Shown here: piece by piece, positions 1 to 9,244 of the stretch
Position numbering within the stretch: position 1 is the stretch's first letter
Layout: each line of letters opens with the position of its first letter
NCBI RefSeq assembly: GCF_004376175.1
Contig: NZ_SNUY01000003.1
Coordinates: 52,224-84,223 of the forward strand
Origin: Halalkalibacterium halodurans
GTDB taxonomy: Bacteria > Bacillota > Bacilli > Bacillales > Bacillaceae_D
Length of the DNA: 32,000 nucleotides
Reading direction: 5' to 3'
Notes under the pieces: generated by a model
Database searches by the model: none
What the model was told of the DNA's origin: nothing
The model's input: the letters and a program-made list of their open reading frames with translations, nothing else
Made by a program: the position numbers and the translations under genes

Positions 1-155
1 CCAGTTTACCGAGCACTGAAAGACTTGAAAGGCTTTTAAAAGCCCTAAGATTCTTAACAGAGGAGAACCCTAACATTCTGAATTCGCTTACACTCATGAG
101 AATGGAAAATATTCCTCCCACAAAAGGTTGACACAATCAAAGGGTGAATCGAGGT

Positions 156-184
156 TTATCGAGACAGAGGAAATGTGCTATAAT
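156..184 (+). promoter_or_regulatory. Candidate sigmaA promoter of the hepS operon (extended -10)
   Basis: TGcTATAAT at 176-184 (TG 176-177, TATAAT 179-184). Weak -35 TTATCG at 156-161 with a 17-nt spacer. Lies ~95 nt upstream of the hepS ATG. Confidence 0.45.
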
Positions 185-231
185 ACTGGAAGAATTATTT
201 TTTTAGCATAAAAAATTGACATCAAGGAAGG

Positions 232-258
232 ATGCAAGGGTCTGACCGGTCCTTGCAT
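232..258 (+). other. 5'-leader hairpin upstream of hepS
   Basis: ATGCAAGG (232-239) pairs perfectly with CCTTGCAT (251-258) around an 11-nt loop. No U-tract follows, so it is not a terminator. It ends 20 nt before the hepS start. Confidence 0.4.
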
Positions 259-278
259 GGAAGATGGGGGACGCTTAA

Positions 279-1106
279 ATGGTACGGATGAATCACCTGA
301 ATGACAAAGTGAACGAGATAAAAGATAACTTTTATGGGCTCATTGGCCATGCCTATCTTGAAAAGTACATAACGAAACCGATTGTGGATGAGGACAAGCT
401 CCGCTTTTTATATACGATGCTAGCGGAAAAATTGCCGAAAAAAGATACAAAACTATTTACGCTGTCCGCGCTGCTTGTGGATGCGGCCCTCGAAATCCAT
501 GAAGCAGTCTCCCTTCATAACATTCAAACCGACCCAATCAAAAAAAATCGTCAGTTAAATGTGTTAGCTGGTGACTACTATAGTAGTCTCTACTATTACT
601 TGTTAGCAGATAGTCGTCACTTGCCGATCATTCAAGTTTTTAGCCATTCAATTCAAGAAATCAATGAGTATAAAATGAAGCTCTATGATGGGAAAAACAT
701 TGACTTTGACGAAGTAAAAAACAATGTTGACAAGGTTGATACATTTTTATTGCAAAACTTAGCAGAGCACTTTCAACTCACGACATGGAAAAAAGCAATT
801 TCAGTGTTCTTCCATCTTAAACGTTTAGTACATGAGCGAGAAGCATGGATCAATGGGAAGGCGACACCGCTTATGAAAGCGATTGTGACCGAACTGTTCG
901 GTTCAAATCGACCTGTGGATGAGTTGAAAAAGGACGATCAGCTTCAAGTACTGGAGCTTTGGGAAGAAAAGGTGGAAGAAGGGAAGGATCATCTCCTTGA
1001 GCATGTAAAAGCTCTTCTTCCAAAGTTTGAGCGATTTTTCGTTGATCACTTGAACGATCTGTTCGGACCTGATTACATTCATGAAAAAGTAGCGGAAGAA
1101 GGGTAG
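279..1106 (+). CDS. hepS: Heptaprenyl diphosphate synthase component I
   Basis: 275-aa ORF. NRQLNVLAGDYYSSLYYYLL and the C-terminal HEKVAEEG closely resemble B. subtilis HepS as I remember it ([20 protein letters not shown] ... HQKVEEG). GGGGGA RBS lies 8 nt upstream. Position is immediately before menG. Confidence 0.85.
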   Translation: MVRMNHLNDKVNEIKDNFYGLIGHAYLEKYITKPIVDEDKLRFLYTMLAEKLPKKDTKLFTLSALLVDAALEIHEAVSLHNIQTDPIKKNRQLNVLAGDYYSSLYYYLLADSRHLPIIQVFSHSIQEINEYKMKLYDGKNIDFDEVKNNVDKVDTFLLQNLAEHFQLTTWKKAISVFFHLKRLVHEREAWINGKATPLMKAIVTELFGSNRPVDELKKDDQLQVLELWEEKVEEGKDHLLEHVKALLPKFERFFVDHLNDLFGPDYIHEKVAEEG

Positions 1107-1109
1107 GAC

Positions 1110-1847
1110 ATGACAGAAACGAAAGAAGAGCGAGTGCACCAAGTATTCGAAAAAATATATAAGCGTTATGATGTAATGAATTCTGTCATCAGTTTTCAGC
1201 GACACAAAGCATGGCGCAAAGACACGATGAAACGAATGAATGTGCAAGAAGGGCAGTCAGCCTTAGACGTTTGTTGTGGAACCGCTGATTGGGCGATCGC
1301 CCTCGGGAAGGCGGTTGGACCTACAGGCCATGTGGAAGGATTAGATTTTAGCGAAAATATGCTGAGCATCGGTAAGAAAAAAATTGCGGATGAAAGGCTA
1401 GACCATGTTTTTCTTCGCCATGGAAATGTAATGGAGCTTCCGTATGCTGATGATACGTTTGACTTTGTCACGATCGGGTTCGGGTTGCGGAACGTTCCCG
1501 ATTATATGCAAGTGTTAAGAGAAATGACGCGCGTGACAAAGCCCGGGGGCAAGGTAGTCTGCTTGGAAACCTCTCAGCCAACCATTCCCGTATTTAAGCA
1601 ATTATACTTTTTTTATTTCCGGCACGTCATGCCGCTCTTTGGAAAAATGTTCGCTAAAAGCTATGACGAATATTCGTGGTTACAAGAGTCAACTTTGTCT
1701 TTCCCAGGTCGTGACCGATTAGCCCAGATGTTTAAAGAAGTTGGCCTTACGGACGTGCAGGTAAAACCTTATTCAGGTGGTGCTGCAGCGATGCATCTTG
1801 GTGTGAAGGAAAGCTTTGACGAAGAATCGAGGAACGTAACGTGTTAA
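1110..1847 (+). CDS. menG: Demethylmenaquinone methyltransferase (UbiE/MenG family; menH in B. subtilis nomenclature)
   Basis: SAM-binding motif [10 protein letters not shown] and the UbiE-family N-terminus [25 protein letters not shown]. Starts 3 nt after the hepS stop. Confidence 0.9.
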   Translation: MTETKEERVHQVFEKIYKRYDVMNSVISFQRHKAWRKDTMKRMNVQEGQSALDVCCGTADWAIALGKAVGPTGHVEGLDFSENMLSIGKKKIADERLDHVFLRHGNVMELPYADDTFDFVTIGFGLRNVPDYMQVLREMTRVTKPGGKVVCLETSQPTIPVFKQLYFFYFRHVMPLFGKMFAKSYDEYSWLQESTLSFPGRDRLAQMFKEVGLTDVQVKPYSGGAAAMHLGVKESFDEESRNVTC

Positions 1848-2704
1848 ATAAAATAAAGATTATACTAGAAATGATCAAGTTCGAGCACACGGTTTTCGCA
1901 TTGCCGTTTGCTTATTTTGGGATGATCTTAGGCTCACATGTTGTCCTAGGGCATTGGCCTTCCCTTACAACCTGGATTTGGATCACGTTAGCAATGGTAG
2001 GTGCTAGAAGTGCGGCAATGTCCTTAAATCGGGTGATCGATTGGAAAATCGATAAAGGGAATCCGCGAACCGCTGGACGAGCCATTCCGGCAGGTCTCGT
2101 CTCCCGTGTGGAAGTAAGTATCTTTATTATCGTTTCATTTGTTCTTTTGTTTGTTGCGGCATTCCAGCTAAACATACTGGCTGTTTATCTATTGCCGGTC
2201 GCTGTCTTTTTTCTTGTAATCTACTCGTACACGAAGCGATTTACGTGGGCATGTCATTTAATTCTTGGCATGACGATCGGGATTGCCCCACTCGGCGGTT
2301 GGGTTGGGGCAACAGGTACATTGTCATGGGATGCATTATTCCTTTTTATCGCCGTCGCTCTTTGGACCGCTGGATTCGATGTTATTTACGCTACTCAGGA
2401 TGCCGAGTATGATCGTGAGCACGGATTAAACAGCATTCCGAGTCGATTTGGAATTAAGCGAGCTTTGCTAATGGCAAAAGGATTTCATATCATAAGCTTT
2501 TCCGCATTTTTAACACTGTTTTTCATAACAGAGCTCGGATGGCTCTACTTTATCGGTGTGTTGATTGCTGGTGGGATTATGGTGTATGAGCACTCGCTTG
2601 TAAAAGCAGATGATCTATCAAAAGTAGATGTGGCCTTTTTTACGATGAACGGAATCTTAAGCATGGTCTTATTTGTTTTTACGTTAGGAGATATGTTTAT
2701 ATGA
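1841..2704 (+). CDS. UbiA-superfamily aromatic polyprenyltransferase (4-hydroxybenzoate polyprenyltransferase-like / MqnP-like)
   Basis: Polytopic membrane protein with both Asp-rich UbiA motifs: [23 protein letters not shown] and [12 protein letters not shown] start overlaps the menG stop by 7 nt, with a GAGGAA RBS. Confidence 0.8.
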   Translation: MLNKIKIILEMIKFEHTVFALPFAYFGMILGSHVVLGHWPSLTTWIWITLAMVGARSAAMSLNRVIDWKIDKGNPRTAGRAIPAGLVSRVEVSIFIIVSFVLLFVAAFQLNILAVYLLPVAVFFLVIYSYTKRFTWACHLILGMTIGIAPLGGWVGATGTLSWDALFLFIAVALWTAGFDVIYATQDAEYDREHGLNSIPSRFGIKRALLMAKGFHIISFSAFLTLFFITELGWLYFIGVLIAGGIMVYEHSLVKADDLSKVDVAFFTMNGILSMVLFVFTLGDMFI

Positions 2705-3321
2705 CAGTGTATAAAGGCATTTATACCGTCGGGATAACAGGAGCAAGCGGAGCGCAATATGGAATACGTCTCGTACAAGAGATGAAAAAAAAGGGATATA
2801 AGGTCCACTTAGTGATCACAGAAGCCGGCTGGCAAGTTTTTCGAGAAGAACTGCTCATCCAAACAGACGATCGAAAAATGGTGATTGATGAGCTGTTTGC
2901 GGCTGGCGATGGTGAAGTAAGCTTCCACCAGTTGGATGATTATACTGCGCCGATCGCAAGCGGTTCCTATCAAAATACGGGGATGATTATAATTCCGTGC
3001 TCGATGGGAACCCTTTCCGGCATTGCGCAAGGAGCGTCAGGGAACTTATTAGAGCGAACAGCCGACGTCATGTTGAAAGAGAAACGCCGCCTCGTCATCG
3101 TTCCAAGGGAAACGCCGTTAAATCAAATTCATTTGGAAAATATGCTGAAGCTATCGAAAATGGGGGTAACAATTTTACCTGCCATGCCAGGGTTTTATCA
3201 GCTACCAAAAACAATGGATGACCTGATTGATTTCGTTGTCGGTAAAGCACTTGACCAGCTCGGGATTGAACACGAGCTGTTTACGAGATGGGGTGAAGAA
3301 CGTGACAATCACAGTCGGTGA
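2701..3321 (+). CDS. ubiX: Flavin prenyltransferase UbiX (makes the prenyl-FMN cofactor for UbiD-type decarboxylases)
   Basis: GITGASGAQYG N-terminus, PCSMGTLSGIAQGASGNLLERTADVMLKE..LVIVPRETPL..HLENMLKL core, typical ~200-aa length. ATGA start/stop overlap with the upstream gene. Confidence 0.85.
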   Translation: MTVYKGIYTVGITGASGAQYGIRLVQEMKKKGYKVHLVITEAGWQVFREELLIQTDDRKMVIDELFAAGDGEVSFHQLDDYTAPIASGSYQNTGMIIIPCSMGTLSGIAQGASGNLLERTADVMLKEKRRLVIVPRETPLNQIHLENMLKLSKMGVTILPAMPGFYQLPKTMDDLIDFVVGKALDQLGIEHELFTRWGEERDNHSR

Positions 3322-4165
3322 AATAAAGTATACGAATGCTTTCCCCTTTTTTTACTATGTAGATCGAAATAAATTACTTGAAAAGGATTGCCATTTTCTC
3401 ATTCAAACGCCAGCGACTTTAAACCGTGAAATGAAAGCTGGTCGAATTCAAGTGGGTCCTATCTCTTCATTTGCCTATGCGGAAAATGTAGATGAGTTCG
3501 TGTTGATGCCAAATTTATCGGTCTCGGCAAACGGGCCTGTCGGTTCCATTTTCCTCTATACGAAACGTCCAATAGAGGAGTTAGAAGGAAGTCGTATTGC
3601 ATTAACAACAACTTCTGCCACTTCCGTTCACTTACTAAAAATTTTGCTCAAACAATATGTCGAGGTCAACGTGACATATGACGAAATGGACCCTTCCTTT
3701 GATGAGATGATGCAAGACCATGATGGCTGTCTTCTTATTGGTGATGAAGCGATCGTCACCTCTTGGCGGGAAGAGGTTGAGACATACCGTTATGATCTTG
3801 GCGAATTGTGGAAAGAATATACAGGTACTTCAATGACCTTTGCCGTGTTTGCCGTTCGCAAAGATGCAATTGCTCGGCAGCGAGCGATTCTAGAAGAACT
3901 TTACACTGCGTTTGTTTTAAGTAAAGAGAAAAATCGCAAGGAGCAGTATGCTTCAATGATTAGACACATCCAAAAAGGAATGGGTGGAACGACGGCTTTT
4001 TGGAACCACTATTTTTCGAATCTTGTATATGATTTTCATACGCAGCAGCAAAAAGGTCTGCTTCTCTTTTACGAGAAAGCATACGAAGAAGGTTTTTTAC
4101 CTAAGCCGATCGAATCAATAAAAATCTGGGGTGACGTACGCACACACCACTCCAGCTTGATGTAA
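3302..4165 (+). CDS. MqnA/MqnD-family (DUF178, chorismate dehydratase-like) protein
   Basis: N-terminal VGEIKYTNAFPFFYY resembles the MqnA G-x-I-x-Y-x-N-x-x-P motif, an internal LLIGDEAI is present, and length is ~287 aa. I chose GTG 3302 (RBS GGGGTGAAG), which overlaps ubiX by 20 nt. The ORF-track ATG at 3227 would overlap ubiX by 95 nt. Confidence 0.6.
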   Translation: MTITVGEIKYTNAFPFFYYVDRNKLLEKDCHFLIQTPATLNREMKAGRIQVGPISSFAYAENVDEFVLMPNLSVSANGPVGSIFLYTKRPIEELEGSRIALTTTSATSVHLLKILLKQYVEVNVTYDEMDPSFDEMMQDHDGCLLIGDEAIVTSWREEVETYRYDLGELWKEYTGTSMTFAVFAVRKDAIARQRAILEELYTAFVLSKEKNRKEQYASMIRHIQKGMGGTTAFWNHYFSNLVYDFHTQQQKGLLLFYEKAYEEGFLPKPIESIKIWGDVRTHHSSLM

Positions 4166-4176
4166 GGTGGCCGTTT

Positions 4177-5148
4177 ATGAAACTAGCAGACATATATGCA
4201 CATTTTCAGGAAGATATTTTTACGATCGAGCGCGAACTAGAAGAGGCGGTTCAGGCTAGACATGATATTCTACGGAAGGCCTCTGTCCATTTGTTAAAGG
4301 CTGGTGGCAAGCGGATTCGTCCAGTGTTTGTGCTGCTGGCAGGTAAGTTTGGCACATATGATGTCAACGTATTAAAGCATATTGCCGTTCCTTTAGAACT
4401 TATTCATATGGCTTCTCTCGTTCATGATGACGTGATCGATGACGCTGACTTAAGGCGAGGAAAAAAAACGATCAAGTCTCAGTGGGACAATCGGATTGCC
4501 ATGTATACTGGTGATTACATGTTTGCGAAAGCCGTACAAACGGCAACCTATTTCGATGATCCAAACATTCATCAAATCATTTCAAATGCTATCAACGAGA
4601 TGTGCCTCGGTGAAGTTGAGCAAATCCGTGACCAATACAACCCGAATCAACATTTGCGCATTTATTTCCGAAGAATTAAAAGAAAAACCGCTCTGTTAAT
4701 AGCAGTAAGCTGTCAATTAGGAGCGCTAGCTGCGAAGGCAGATCCAGCGATTGTGAAAAAGCTATATTACTTCGGTTATTACGTAGGGATGTCCTTTCAA
4801 ATTACTGATGATGTTCTTGACTTCGTCGGTACGGAAGAGCAGCTAGGGAAGCCGGCAGGAAGTGATTTACTGCAAGGAAATGTGACCCTACCCGCTTTGT
4901 ACGCTCTCCACCACGATATGCACGCCAAACGATTGATTGAACAGGTGTTGGCTGATCGAGGCAACAACTCGGTTCATATGGAAGAGGTCATTGCCGCGAT
5001 TGTTTCATCTGGAGGCATCGATTACGCTCTATCGATCAGCGATCTTTATTTGAAAAAAGCCATGCGAATGCTTGATCATCTACCCGATGATGAGCCGAAA
5101 CAATTTTTACAAGAAATCGCCAATTATATTGGCAGACGAAAATTTTAA
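4177..5148 (+). CDS. hepT: Heptaprenyl diphosphate synthase component II (trans-polyprenyl diphosphate synthase)
   Basis: Both DDxxD motifs are present (LVHDDVIDDADLRRG; FQITDDVLD). AAGGTGG RBS. Starts 11 nt after the preceding gene. Confidence 0.9.
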   Translation: MKLADIYAHFQEDIFTIERELEEAVQARHDILRKASVHLLKAGGKRIRPVFVLLAGKFGTYDVNVLKHIAVPLELIHMASLVHDDVIDDADLRRGKKTIKSQWDNRIAMYTGDYMFAKAVQTATYFDDPNIHQIISNAINEMCLGEVEQIRDQYNPNQHLRIYFRRIKRKTALLIAVSCQLGALAAKADPAIVKKLYYFGYYVGMSFQITDDVLDFVGTEEQLGKPAGSDLLQGNVTLPALYALHHDMHAKRLIEQVLADRGNNSVHMEEVIAAIVSSGGIDYALSISDLYLKKAMRMLDHLPDDEPKQFLQEIANYIGRRKF

Positions 5149-5163
5149 CGGAATCGAAAAGTG

Positions 5164-5195
5164 ACGTCTTGATATTCAACGATCAAGACGTTTTT
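5164..5195 (+). terminator. Intrinsic terminator of the hepS-hepT operon
   Basis: Perfect 10-bp stem ACGTCTTGAT (5164-5173) / ATCAAGACGT (5182-5191), 8-nt loop, followed by TTTT. Confidence 0.8.
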
Positions 5196-5214
5196 CACGC
5201 TTTCTTAAATCTAA

Positions 5215-5243
5215 TTGCGGAATTTCCTGATTTTTGCTACAAT
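5215..5243 (+). promoter_or_regulatory. Candidate sigmaA promoter of ndk
   Basis: -35 TTGCGG (5215-5220), 17-nt spacer, extended -10 TGcTACAAT (5235-5243). Confidence 0.5.
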
Positions 5244-5287
5244 CATGGAGGAATGACCATACATAAAAGAAAAGGTGAGGGAAGAAC

Positions 5288-5731
5288 ATGGAACGTACAT
5301 ATTTAATGATCAAACCTGATGGAGTTCAGCGCAATTTGATTGGAGAGATTGTTTCTCGCTTTGAAAAGAAAGGGTTTACATTAATCGGCGCGAAATTGAT
5401 GACGGTTACAAAAGAGCAAGCTGAAACACATTATGCCGAGCATAAAGAGCGTCCATTCTTCGGGGAATTGGTCGATTTTATTACGTCCGGTCCGGTTTTT
5501 GCAATGGTTTGGGAAGGGGAAAACGTGATTGCAACCGTACGGAAAATGATGGGTGCAACGAACCCTGCCGATGCCGAGCCAGGAACGATTCGTGGAGATT
5601 TTGGGGTCCAAGTAGCGATGAATGTCATTCACGGCTCAGACTCACCAGAAAGTGCTAAACGTGAAATTGATATTTTCTTTGATTCTTCAGAGCTTAATGA
5701 ATATGACAAGGTCGTCAATCGCTGGGTATAA
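5288..5731 (+). CDS. ndk: Nucleoside diphosphate kinase
   Basis: [21 protein letters not shown]..., active-site NVIHGSDS, 147 aa. RBS AAAGGTGAGGG. Confidence 0.95.
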   Translation: MERTYLMIKPDGVQRNLIGEIVSRFEKKGFTLIGAKLMTVTKEQAETHYAEHKERPFFGELVDFITSGPVFAMVWEGENVIATVRKMMGATNPADAEPGTIRGDFGVQVAMNVIHGSDSPESAKREIDIFFDSSELNEYDKVVNRWV

Positions 5732-5756
5732 CATGTTTAATTATTTTGTTTATAAC

Positions 5757-5794
5757 AAGGCTGTCTCATGATCAGAGACAGCCTTTCTGTGTTT
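5757..5794 (+). terminator. Intrinsic terminator after ndk
   Basis: 11-bp perfect stem AAGGCTGTCTC (5757-5767) / GAGACAGCCTT (5775-5785), 7-nt loop, interrupted U tail (TCTGTGTTT). Confidence 0.65.
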
Positions 5795-5947
5795 CCTTCC
5801 GTTTCTGTACAAATGATTCGCAAGCTCACCGTGATTTTAGCGGGTGGTTTGCGCTTTTCGAAAATCAGCTCACCCAAGACCGAGATTTGAATGTATAATA
5901 AAAGAAAAAACAACCACTGAAAAAAAGGGAGTCGAAACAAGGAGCTT

Positions 5948-6721
5948 ATGGCAGACGATTATAATTGGTTCATTGAACAAGTAAAAGAGCGGACAGGGAT
6001 TGATTTAAATCTTTATAAAGAAACGCAAATGAAGCGGCGGTTAATCGCTCTCCGAGAGAAGCGTAATTACCAAGATTTTCGTAGTTACTTCACAGCGATG
6101 ACGAATGATGATACGCTGCAGAACGAATTTTTGGAACGAATGACGATCAATGTATCCGAATTTTTTCGCAACAGAAAACGGTGGGATGTTCTTGATGAGA
6201 CGATCATTCCTCAGCTTTTAAAGGAAAAAAAACGGCTAAAAGTTTGGAGCGCTGCGTGTTCAACTGGTGAAGAACCGTATACGCTAGCAATGATTTTACA
6301 GAAGCATTTACCTCTCAAGGATGTATCGATTCTAGCGACGGATATTGATCGAGCCATTTTACAACAAGCGAAAGTAGGCTATTATACGGAGCGTTCGCTA
6401 AAAGAAATTCCTGTAGAGTTGAAAGAGCGCTTCTTTACAAAAGATCGCGCGGGTTACTACGTGAGCAATGAGCTTAAACAAGCCGTCACTTTTAAACAAC
6501 ACAATTTGCTTGCAGACCGATTTGAACGGGACTGTGATTTAATTGTCTGTCGCAATGTGTTAATCTACTTTACAGAAGAAGCGAAGCGTGAGCTTTATCA
6601 CAAATTCAGCGAAGCTCTTCGTCCAGGCGGAGTCCTGTTTGTCGGTAGTACCGAGCAGATTTTTGAAGCATCTAAATATGGACTTGAGACGAATGAGACA
6701 TTTTTTTATCGTAAAGTGTGA
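5948..6721 (+). CDS. cheR: Chemotaxis protein methyltransferase CheR
   Basis: CheR signatures: N-terminal helical domain, [20 protein letters not shown]-binding region, CRNVLIYF. 257 aa. Synteny ndk-cheR-aroC. Confidence 0.85.
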   Translation: MADDYNWFIEQVKERTGIDLNLYKETQMKRRLIALREKRNYQDFRSYFTAMTNDDTLQNEFLERMTINVSEFFRNRKRWDVLDETIIPQLLKEKKRLKVWSAACSTGEEPYTLAMILQKHLPLKDVSILATDIDRAILQQAKVGYYTERSLKEIPVELKERFFTKDRAGYYVSNELKQAVTFKQHNLLADRFERDCDLIVCRNVLIYFTEEAKRELYHKFSEALRPGGVLFVGSTEQIFEASKYGLETNETFFYRKV

Positions 6722-6752
6722 CACAGCAGGTGAGTCCCTGCTGTGTTTTGTT
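6721..6752 (+). terminator. Intrinsic terminator after cheR
   Basis: 10-bp perfect stem ACACAGCAGG (6721-6730) / CCTGCTGTGT (6737-6746), 6-nt loop, TTTGTT tail. It begins at the last base of the stop codon. Confidence 0.75.
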
Positions 6753-6906
6753 CCTTTAACTCTGAAGCTTGGGTTGTTCATTGATTCAACTTAACCACGT
6801 TCGATCGTTCAGAAGAAAATTGTCATTTATGCTGAATTTGTAAATGCCTTTTGCTAAAATGACAGATGATAAGCAAGACCGATGTTTAAAAAAACATCGT
6901 GAACGA

Positions 6907-6935
6907 AAGACACAAATGATAAAGTATGTTATAAT
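6907..6935 (+). promoter_or_regulatory. Candidate sigmaA promoter of the aroC-aroB-aroH (supraoperon) transcript
   Basis: Extended -10 TGtTATAAT (6927-6935). Partial -35 AAGACA (6907-6912) with a 17-nt spacer. Confidence 0.5.
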
Positions 6936-6986
6936 TTAACGCACAAAAGCAATAAAGAGAAGATCGGGTAGGAGGAGAGAGTCGAG

Positions 6987-8159
6987 ATGAGGTATTTGAC
7001 AGCAGGGGAATCACACGGTCCCCAATTAACGACTATTATTGAAGGTGTGCCAGCCCAACTAGAGCTGGTAGCCGATGACATTAATGTCGATTTAGCTCGT
7101 CGACAAGGTGGTCACGGCCGTGGGAGACGAATGCAAATTGAAAAAGATCAGGTGCAAATCGTAGGTGGTATCCGTCACGGTAAAACGACGGGTGCACCGA
7201 TTGCCCTTGTTGTAGAAAATAAAGATTGGAAGCACTGGACGAAAATCATGGGCGCAGAACCTCTTACTGGCGACGAGGAGAAAGAGATCAAGCGAAAAAT
7301 CACTCGTCCTCGTCCAGGACACGCTGACTTAAATGGCGCTATTAAATATGGTCATCGTGATATGCGAAATGTCCTTGAACGGTCCTCCGCTCGGGAAACA
7401 ACTGTTCGAGTAGCAGCAGGAGCCGTTGCGAAAAAAATCTTGCGCACATTTGGAATTGAAGTGGGAAGCCATGTGTTAGAAATTGGCGGAGTCAAGGCGG
7501 AAAAAACTTCGTACGATCAATTGTCGAACCTAAAAGAGCTTGCGGAAGCTTCACCTGTGCGTTGTCTTGACAAAGAGGCTGAGCAAGAAATGATAGCGGC
7601 GATCGACCAAGCGAAAGAAAATGGTGACTCGATCGGCGGTGTCGTAGAAGTGATCGTCGAAGGTGTACCAATTGGACTTGGAAGCCATGTTCATTATGAT
7701 CGAAAGCTCGATGCGAAAATTGCCGCAGCGGTGATGAGCATCAATGCTTTTAAAGGTGTCGAGTTTGGAATCGGCTTCGAGGCGGCCTCAAAGCCAGGTA
7801 GTGAGGTTCATGATGAAATTGCATGGGATGAAAAGAGAGGCTACTACCGGAAATCGAACAACCTCGGCGGGTTTGAGGGAGGAATGACGAACGGGATGCC
7901 GATCGTTGTTCGCGGGGTGATGAAGCCGATCCCAACCCTTTACAAGCCTCTTCAAAGTGTTGACATTGCGACGAAGGAACCTTTTGCTGCAAGCATCGAA
8001 CGTTCAGATAGTTGCGCGGTGCCAGCAGCTGCCGTTGTAGCGGAAGCGGTCGTCGCTTGGGAAGTGGCCAATGCCCTTCTCGAAAGGTTTGGTGCGGATC
8101 AAGTAGAAGAGATTGAAAAAAACATTCGAGAATTCAATGAAAAGGCGAGGTTGTTTTAA
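6987..8159 (+). CDS. aroC: Chorismate synthase (aroF in B. subtilis nomenclature)
   Basis: [15 protein letters not shown]-terminus, [20 protein letters not shown]. 390 aa. RBS GGAGGAG. Confidence 0.95.
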   Translation: MRYLTAGESHGPQLTTIIEGVPAQLELVADDINVDLARRQGGHGRGRRMQIEKDQVQIVGGIRHGKTTGAPIALVVENKDWKHWTKIMGAEPLTGDEEKEIKRKITRPRPGHADLNGAIKYGHRDMRNVLERSSARETTVRVAAGAVAKKILRTFGIEVGSHVLEIGGVKAEKTSYDQLSNLKELAEASPVRCLDKEAEQEMIAAIDQAKENGDSIGGVVEVIVEGVPIGLGSHVHYDRKLDAKIAAAVMSINAFKGVEFGIGFEAASKPGSEVHDEIAWDEKRGYYRKSNNLGGFEGGMTNGMPIVVRGVMKPIPTLYKPLQSVDIATKEPFAASIERSDSCAVPAAAVVAEAVVAWEVANALLERFGADQVEEIEKNIREFNEKARLF

Positions 8160-9244
8160 TGCCGGTTTTGACTGTCCATACATCGTCAAAAGTATATGAT
8201 GTTACGGTAAAGTCGGGGGTGCTATCGCAGATAGGCTCATACATAGCTCCCCTGCGACCTTCGGCGATTCTCATAGTGACCGATGATCAAGTGGCAGACC
8301 TTTATTTGGATACCGTGAAATCAAGCCTGCATAATCTTGCCCCTTTGCATGCCGTCGTCTTGCCGAACGGAGAAGAGACGAAATCTTTTGATAACTATTA
8401 TGCGTTGCAAACCGCTGCCCTAGAGTATGGACTTGATCGAAAGTCAATGATTATCGCCCTTGGCGGAGGGGTAATTGGTGATTTAGCTGGTTTTGTTGCG
8501 GCGACCTACATGCGCGGAATTGCTTACGTTCAAGTGCCAACGACGCTTCTTGCCCATGATAGCAGTGTAGGAGGGAAGGTGGCTATTAATCATCCTCTTG
8601 GTAAAAACATGATTGGTGCGTTTCATCAACCGGAGGCGGTTCTTTACGATCCACAGGTGTTTGCCACCTTACCGGAGCGAGAGTGGCGTTCTGGTTTTGC
8701 AGAAGTGGTGAAGCACGGATTAATAAAGGATGCCGCGTTTTATGCATGGTTACAGAAGTATATTAACGATTTTTCTCGGATTCAAGGAGAAATAGCTGAG
8801 GAGCTTCTGCTCCGCTCGATTCAAGTAAAGGCCAATATCGTGGCAGCAGATGAAAAAGAAAAAGGGGAACGAGCCTTATTAAACCTCGGGCATACACTCG
8901 GACATGCGATTGAAGCGGAGCTCGGCTACGGAAAAGTCACTCACGGCGAAGCGGTTGTTATCGGGATTATCTTCGCCATGAAACTGAGTGAAAAAGTGTA
9001 CCATCAATCGCTACCGATCCAAGACCTAGAAAAATGGCTCAAATCTCTTGGCTATGAAACGAGGATTCCAAAAGGGCTTGATACAGGTGCCCTCATCGGA
9101 ACGATGAAAAAGGACAAAAAGGTAGAGCGTGGAGTGATCCGTTTTGTCTTGCTTGAGGAAGTGGGTCATGCTGTCATCAAAGAGGTAGATGAACAGCTCA
9201 TCCGAGAGCTATTGAATGTTGAAATAGAGGAGGAGACAACATGA
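8159..9244 (+). CDS. aroB: 3-dehydroquinate synthase
   Basis: GGGVIGDLAGFVAATYMRGI (NAD-binding), LNLGHTLGHAIE metal site, 361 aa. TAATG stop/start overlap with aroC. Confidence 0.9.
   Translation: MPVLTVHTSSKVYDVTVKSGVLSQIGSYIAPLRPSAILIVTDDQVADLYLDTVKSSLHNLAPLHAVVLPNGEETKSFDNYYALQTAALEYGLDRKSMIIALGGGVIGDLAGFVAATYMRGIAYVQVPTTLLAHDSSVGGKVAINHPLGKNMIGAFHQPEAVLYDPQVFATLPEREWRSGFAEVVKHGLIKDAAFYAWLQKYINDFSRIQGEIAEELLLRSIQVKANIVAADEKEKGERALLNLGHTLGHAIEAELGYGKVTHGEAVVIGIIFAMKLSEKVYHQSLPIQDLEKWLKSLGYETRIPKGLDTGALIGTMKKDKKVERGVIRFVLLEEVGHAVIKEVDEQLIRELLNVEIEEETT

Noticed and set aside
2-19. Frame-2 translation at the very start of the window reads QFTEH followed by a stop. QFTEH is a five-residue string I remember from the middle of B. 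subtilis TRAP (MtrB), whose gene precedes hepS in B. subtilis.
   Set aside because: Nothing downstream in any frame resembles the remaining TRAP sequence (TSAIKVRGKAY...). A TRAP ending there would lack essential strands, yet the TRAP-binding leader at 9641-9705 looks intact. Most likely a coincidence. It needs the upstream sequence to settle.
1-131. Possible 3' end of an upstream gene. Frame 3 is open from 3 to a TGA at 129-131 (...LERLLKALRFLTEENPNILNSLTLMRMENIPPTKG*). Frame 1 is open to a TAA at 37-39 (...PVYRALKDLKGF*).
   Set aside because: I cannot decide between the two frames or assign a product from about 12 to 42 residues, so it is not reported as a feature.
128-222. Two perfect TTGACA hexamers (128-133 and 217-222) upstream of hepS.
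   Set aside because: Neither has an acceptable -10 element at 16-18-nt spacing. The TGcTATAAT at 176-184 is the more credible promoter core.
903-1247. Antisense or overlapping ORFs in the six-frame track. Examples: 903-1247(-), 1196-1471(-), 11477-11821(-), 18736-19260(-, 174 aa), 23115-23420(-), 23786-24088(-), 20576-20854(-), 29701-29934(+), and the many 60-90-aa ones.
   Set aside because: Each is fully embedded opposite or out of frame with a gene that has clear family motifs. They lack RBSs and have low-complexity or Ser/Arg/Pro-rich composition typical of shadow ORFs.
5737-5940. 67-aa minus-strand ORF filling the ndk-cheR spacer.
   Set aside because: It has no RBS, reads through the ndk terminator stem, and is hydrophobic and low-complexity. 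It is most likely non-coding spacer containing the ndk terminator and the cheR promoter.
6821-6899. AT-rich inverted repeats upstream of the aroC promoter: TGTCATTT (6821-6828) / AAATGACA (6857-6864), and the hairpin CGATGTTT-aaaa-AAACATCG (6880-6899).
   Set aside because: They are short, AT-rich and have no U-tail, so they are easily produced by chance in an AT-rich spacer. I could tie them to no known operator consensus. Only worth revisiting if conserved in relatives.
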